DNA of 27,062 bases from Acutalibacteraceae bacterium (GTDB taxonomy: Bacteria; Bacillota; Clostridia; Oscillospirales; Acutalibacteraceae), in NCBI GenBank assembly GCA_050946805.1, contig JBMNVM010000001.1, positions 1 to 27,062 of the forward strand. Reading direction: 5' to 3'. The notes beneath the pieces were generated by a model, which was not told the DNA's origin, did no database searches, and worked only from the letters and a program-made list of their open reading frames with translations. The position numbers were made by a program, and so were the translations under genes. Shown in pieces: positions 25,136-27,062 of the stretch (position 1 is its first letter; every line of letters begins with the position of its first letter).

Positions 25136-26167
25136 ATGTTCAAAAAAATTTTTGCCTTGTGCTTGTGTGTGTGCCTTTTTTCTCTTGCCGGTTGCACCAA
25201 AAAAACCGAAAGCTTGAGTATATCAACGGGGGATGAAAGCTCCACAATACAAAAACAAGAGGTTGTCTATAAAAATCCGCTTACCGGACTTGGCGGAATT
25301 GATAAAGAGGCTTACGAATCACGTCCGGTCGCGATAATGATTAACAATATATCGACGGCTCAGCCTGTGCAGACAGGACTTACGCAGGCCGACATTGTAT
25401 ATGAAACAGAGGTTGAGGGCGGAATTACAAGGCTTCTTGCGGTTTATCAGAATATCAAGGATGTTGAGCAGATTGGCACTGTCAGATCCGCAAGATATGC
25501 ATTTATCGATATGGCCTTAGGGCATAACGCAATTTATGTACATCACGGCGCGGACGAGGATTATGCCGGACAGCATTTGAGAAGCACCGACCATTTTGAG
25601 GTTGATGTAGGTAACGGCGGCGCCAGAATTTCCAACGGTCTTGCAAAGGAGCATACTCTTTATGCTTACGGCGACAAGATTTGGGAGAAAATACTTTCCT
25701 CAAAGCGCACGATTGCCTACCCAAATCCGACCCCGTGGCAGACATTCGCAAGCGAGGATAGCCCCGTAAGCCTTGAATACACAGCGACAAGCGTTACGGT
25801 TCCGTTTTCTCCGTCATACAAAACCACTTTTAAGTATGACTCGGTAACCGGCAGATATACAAGGTATTTCAACAACACAGAGCGCAAGGATTACATAACA
25901 AAGCAGTCAATTACCTTCAAAAACGTGTTTGTGCTTGAAACTACCATTACAAATTATTCGGACCATTACCACCGCAAGGTCGCCCTTGATTCGGGTGAAG
26001 GGTACTACTTTGTAAACGGCACCTACACCAAAATAAAATGGAGCAAGGGTGCCGCATCAAACGGGTTTACCTTCACAAACTTGGACGGCACACCGCTTAC
26101 CGTAAACCCCGGAAATTCATGGGTGTGTATTGCAAACAAATCGACCTCCAGTCCGATTATAGCATAA
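25136..26167 (+). CDS. DUF3048 domain lipoprotein (YerB-like)
   Basis: Signal peptide with LAGC lipobox; RPVAIMINN, QTGLTQADIVYETEVEGGITRL, VRSAR, HHGA. Confidence 0.85.
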   Translation: MFKKIFALCLCVCLFSLAGCTKKTESLSISTGDESSTIQKQEVVYKNPLTGLGGIDKEAYESRPVAIMINNISTAQPVQTGLTQADIVYETEVEGGITRLLAVYQNIKDVEQIGTVRSARYAFIDMALGHNAIYVHHGADEDYAGQHLRSTDHFEVDVGNGGARISNGLAKEHTLYAYGDKIWEKILSSKRTIAYPNPTPWQTFASEDSPVSLEYTATSVTVPFSPSYKTTFKYDSVTGRYTRYFNNTERKDYITKQSITFKNVFVLETTITNYSDHYHRKVALDSGEGYYFVNGTYTKIKWSKGAASNGFTFTNLDGTPLTVNPGNSWVCIANKSTSSPIIA

Positions 26168-26171
26168 AGAA

Positions 26172-26209
26172 AAAAGAGACTTGAACTGTGGACTGTTCAA
26201 GTCTCTTTT
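26172..26209. terminator. bidirectional terminator
   Basis: AAAAGAGACTTGAAC-8 nt loop-GTTCAAGTCTCTTTT; perfect 15-bp stem between convergent genes. Confidence 0.85.
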
Positions 26210-26278
26210 GTTTTTTGTATTAGGATATTCTGCTATTACACGTGGGAGATGGAGCCGAGCGGCAGAAAATATACAGGC

Positions 26279-26998
26279 TTAATTTGTGCGGTTTAAAATA
26301 TTCTGAAGCTCCCGCATTTTTTCATCGGTTGGTTCGGGGGTGCCTTTTAAGGGGAAGGGTCTGCCCATATTATCGTACTTTGTTTCGCACAGCTTTCTAA
26401 AGGGCAGCAGTTCGGTCTTTTTTACGCATTTATAGCGGCCGACAATTTCCCGCAAGGCGGATATGTTTTCCTCATTGTCGTTTAGCCCGGGGATTATAAC
26501 CTGCCGTATCCAGACCGGTATTTGCTGCTGCTGTAAATATTCAAGAAACTGTATTACGGCTGACATTTTGCAGCCGGCGTACTTTAAATAGCTGTTCTCG
26601 TTTGTGTATTTAATATCAAGCAGCACAAGGTCGGTGTATTTAAGCACTTCTTTTATCTTGTCATTTAAAGCGTAACCGCTGGTGTCAAGGCAGGTGTTAA
26701 TGCTATTTTGTTTGCAAAGCCTTAAAATCTCTGCGGCAAACTCGGGCTGGGCAAGCGGGTCGCCGCCCGACAGGGTAATGCCGCCGGTATCGCCGAAATA
26801 GTCCTTATACCGCTTTGCCTTTTGCACAATATCCTCTGCCGAATAGAGATTCCCGCCGCTCATGCTTTGGGTTTCGGGGTTATGGCAGCAGACACACCTT
26901 AAAGGACAGCCCTGCAAAAACACCACAAAACGGATACCCGGCCCGTCAACGGCGCCGAGTGTCTGAAAGGAGCTTACATATCCCGTAATTTTTTCCAT
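26279..26998 (-). CDS. pflA: pyruvate formate-lyase activating enzyme (radical SAM)
   Basis: FQTLGAVDGPGIRFVVFLQGCPLRCVCCHNPET, GGITLSGGDP, LDTSG, WIRQVIIPG; directly follows the pflB C-terminus. Confidence 0.94.
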   Translation of the reverse strand: MEKITGYVSSFQTLGAVDGPGIRFVVFLQGCPLRCVCCHNPETQSMSGGNLYSAEDIVQKAKRYKDYFGDTGGITLSGGDPLAQPEFAAEILRLCKQNSINTCLDTSGYALNDKIKEVLKYTDLVLLDIKYTNENSYLKYAGCKMSAVIQFLEYLQQQQIPVWIRQVIIPGLNDNEENISALREIVGRYKCVKKTELLPFRKLCETKYDNMGRPFPLKGTPEPTDEKMRELQNILNRTN

Positions 26999-27000
26999 TG

Positions 27001-27062
27001 CTACACCGCCTTGTGGAAGGTTCGGATCAGCACCTCACGCTGCTGTTCTCTTGAGAGCTTGT
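27001..27062 (-). CDS. pflB: C-terminal 19 residues of formate C-acetyltransferase (partial)
   Basis: Hand translation KLSREQQREVLIRTFHKAV-stop matches the PflB C-terminal pattern LTREQQ.DVI.RTFH; lies 2 bp upstream of pflA. Confidence 0.85.
   Translation of the reverse strand, partial: KLSREQQREVLIRTFHKAV

Overview
A chromosomal window from a Firmicute (most likely Clostridia, judged from gene content, sigma-A promoters and a T-box). No CRISPR array, integrase or transposase is visible. Left part (1-14135): a minus-strand housekeeping operon hprK-ROK kinase-murB-rapZ-whiA-dnaE (dnaE runs off the window edge and is missing from the ORF track), then ychF, alr, an SDR and a YfhO-like membrane glycosyltransferase. 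Centre: tRNA-Gly(UCC), followed directly by a tandem array of six hairpins with repeated ATTTCAT junctions and then an AT-rich four-helix-bundle gene. Divergent from the tRNA is a sigma-A promoter and a T-box riboswitch (probable Leu specifier). It controls a three-gene unit: a LeuA homologue that has lost its catalytic and metal-binding residues but keeps its leucine-binding domain, a TIM-barrel/acyl-CoA-ligase fusion, and an amidohydrolase. This unit is the best candidate for an undescribed system. Right part: metY-metA (acetyl type), a 44-aa rubredoxin missed by the ORF track, an elongated ECF S component divergent from a MocR/PdxR regulator with a three-box operator, a DUF3048 lipoprotein, pflA and the last codons of pflB. 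All calls come from reading motifs by eye; no database search or folding program was run.
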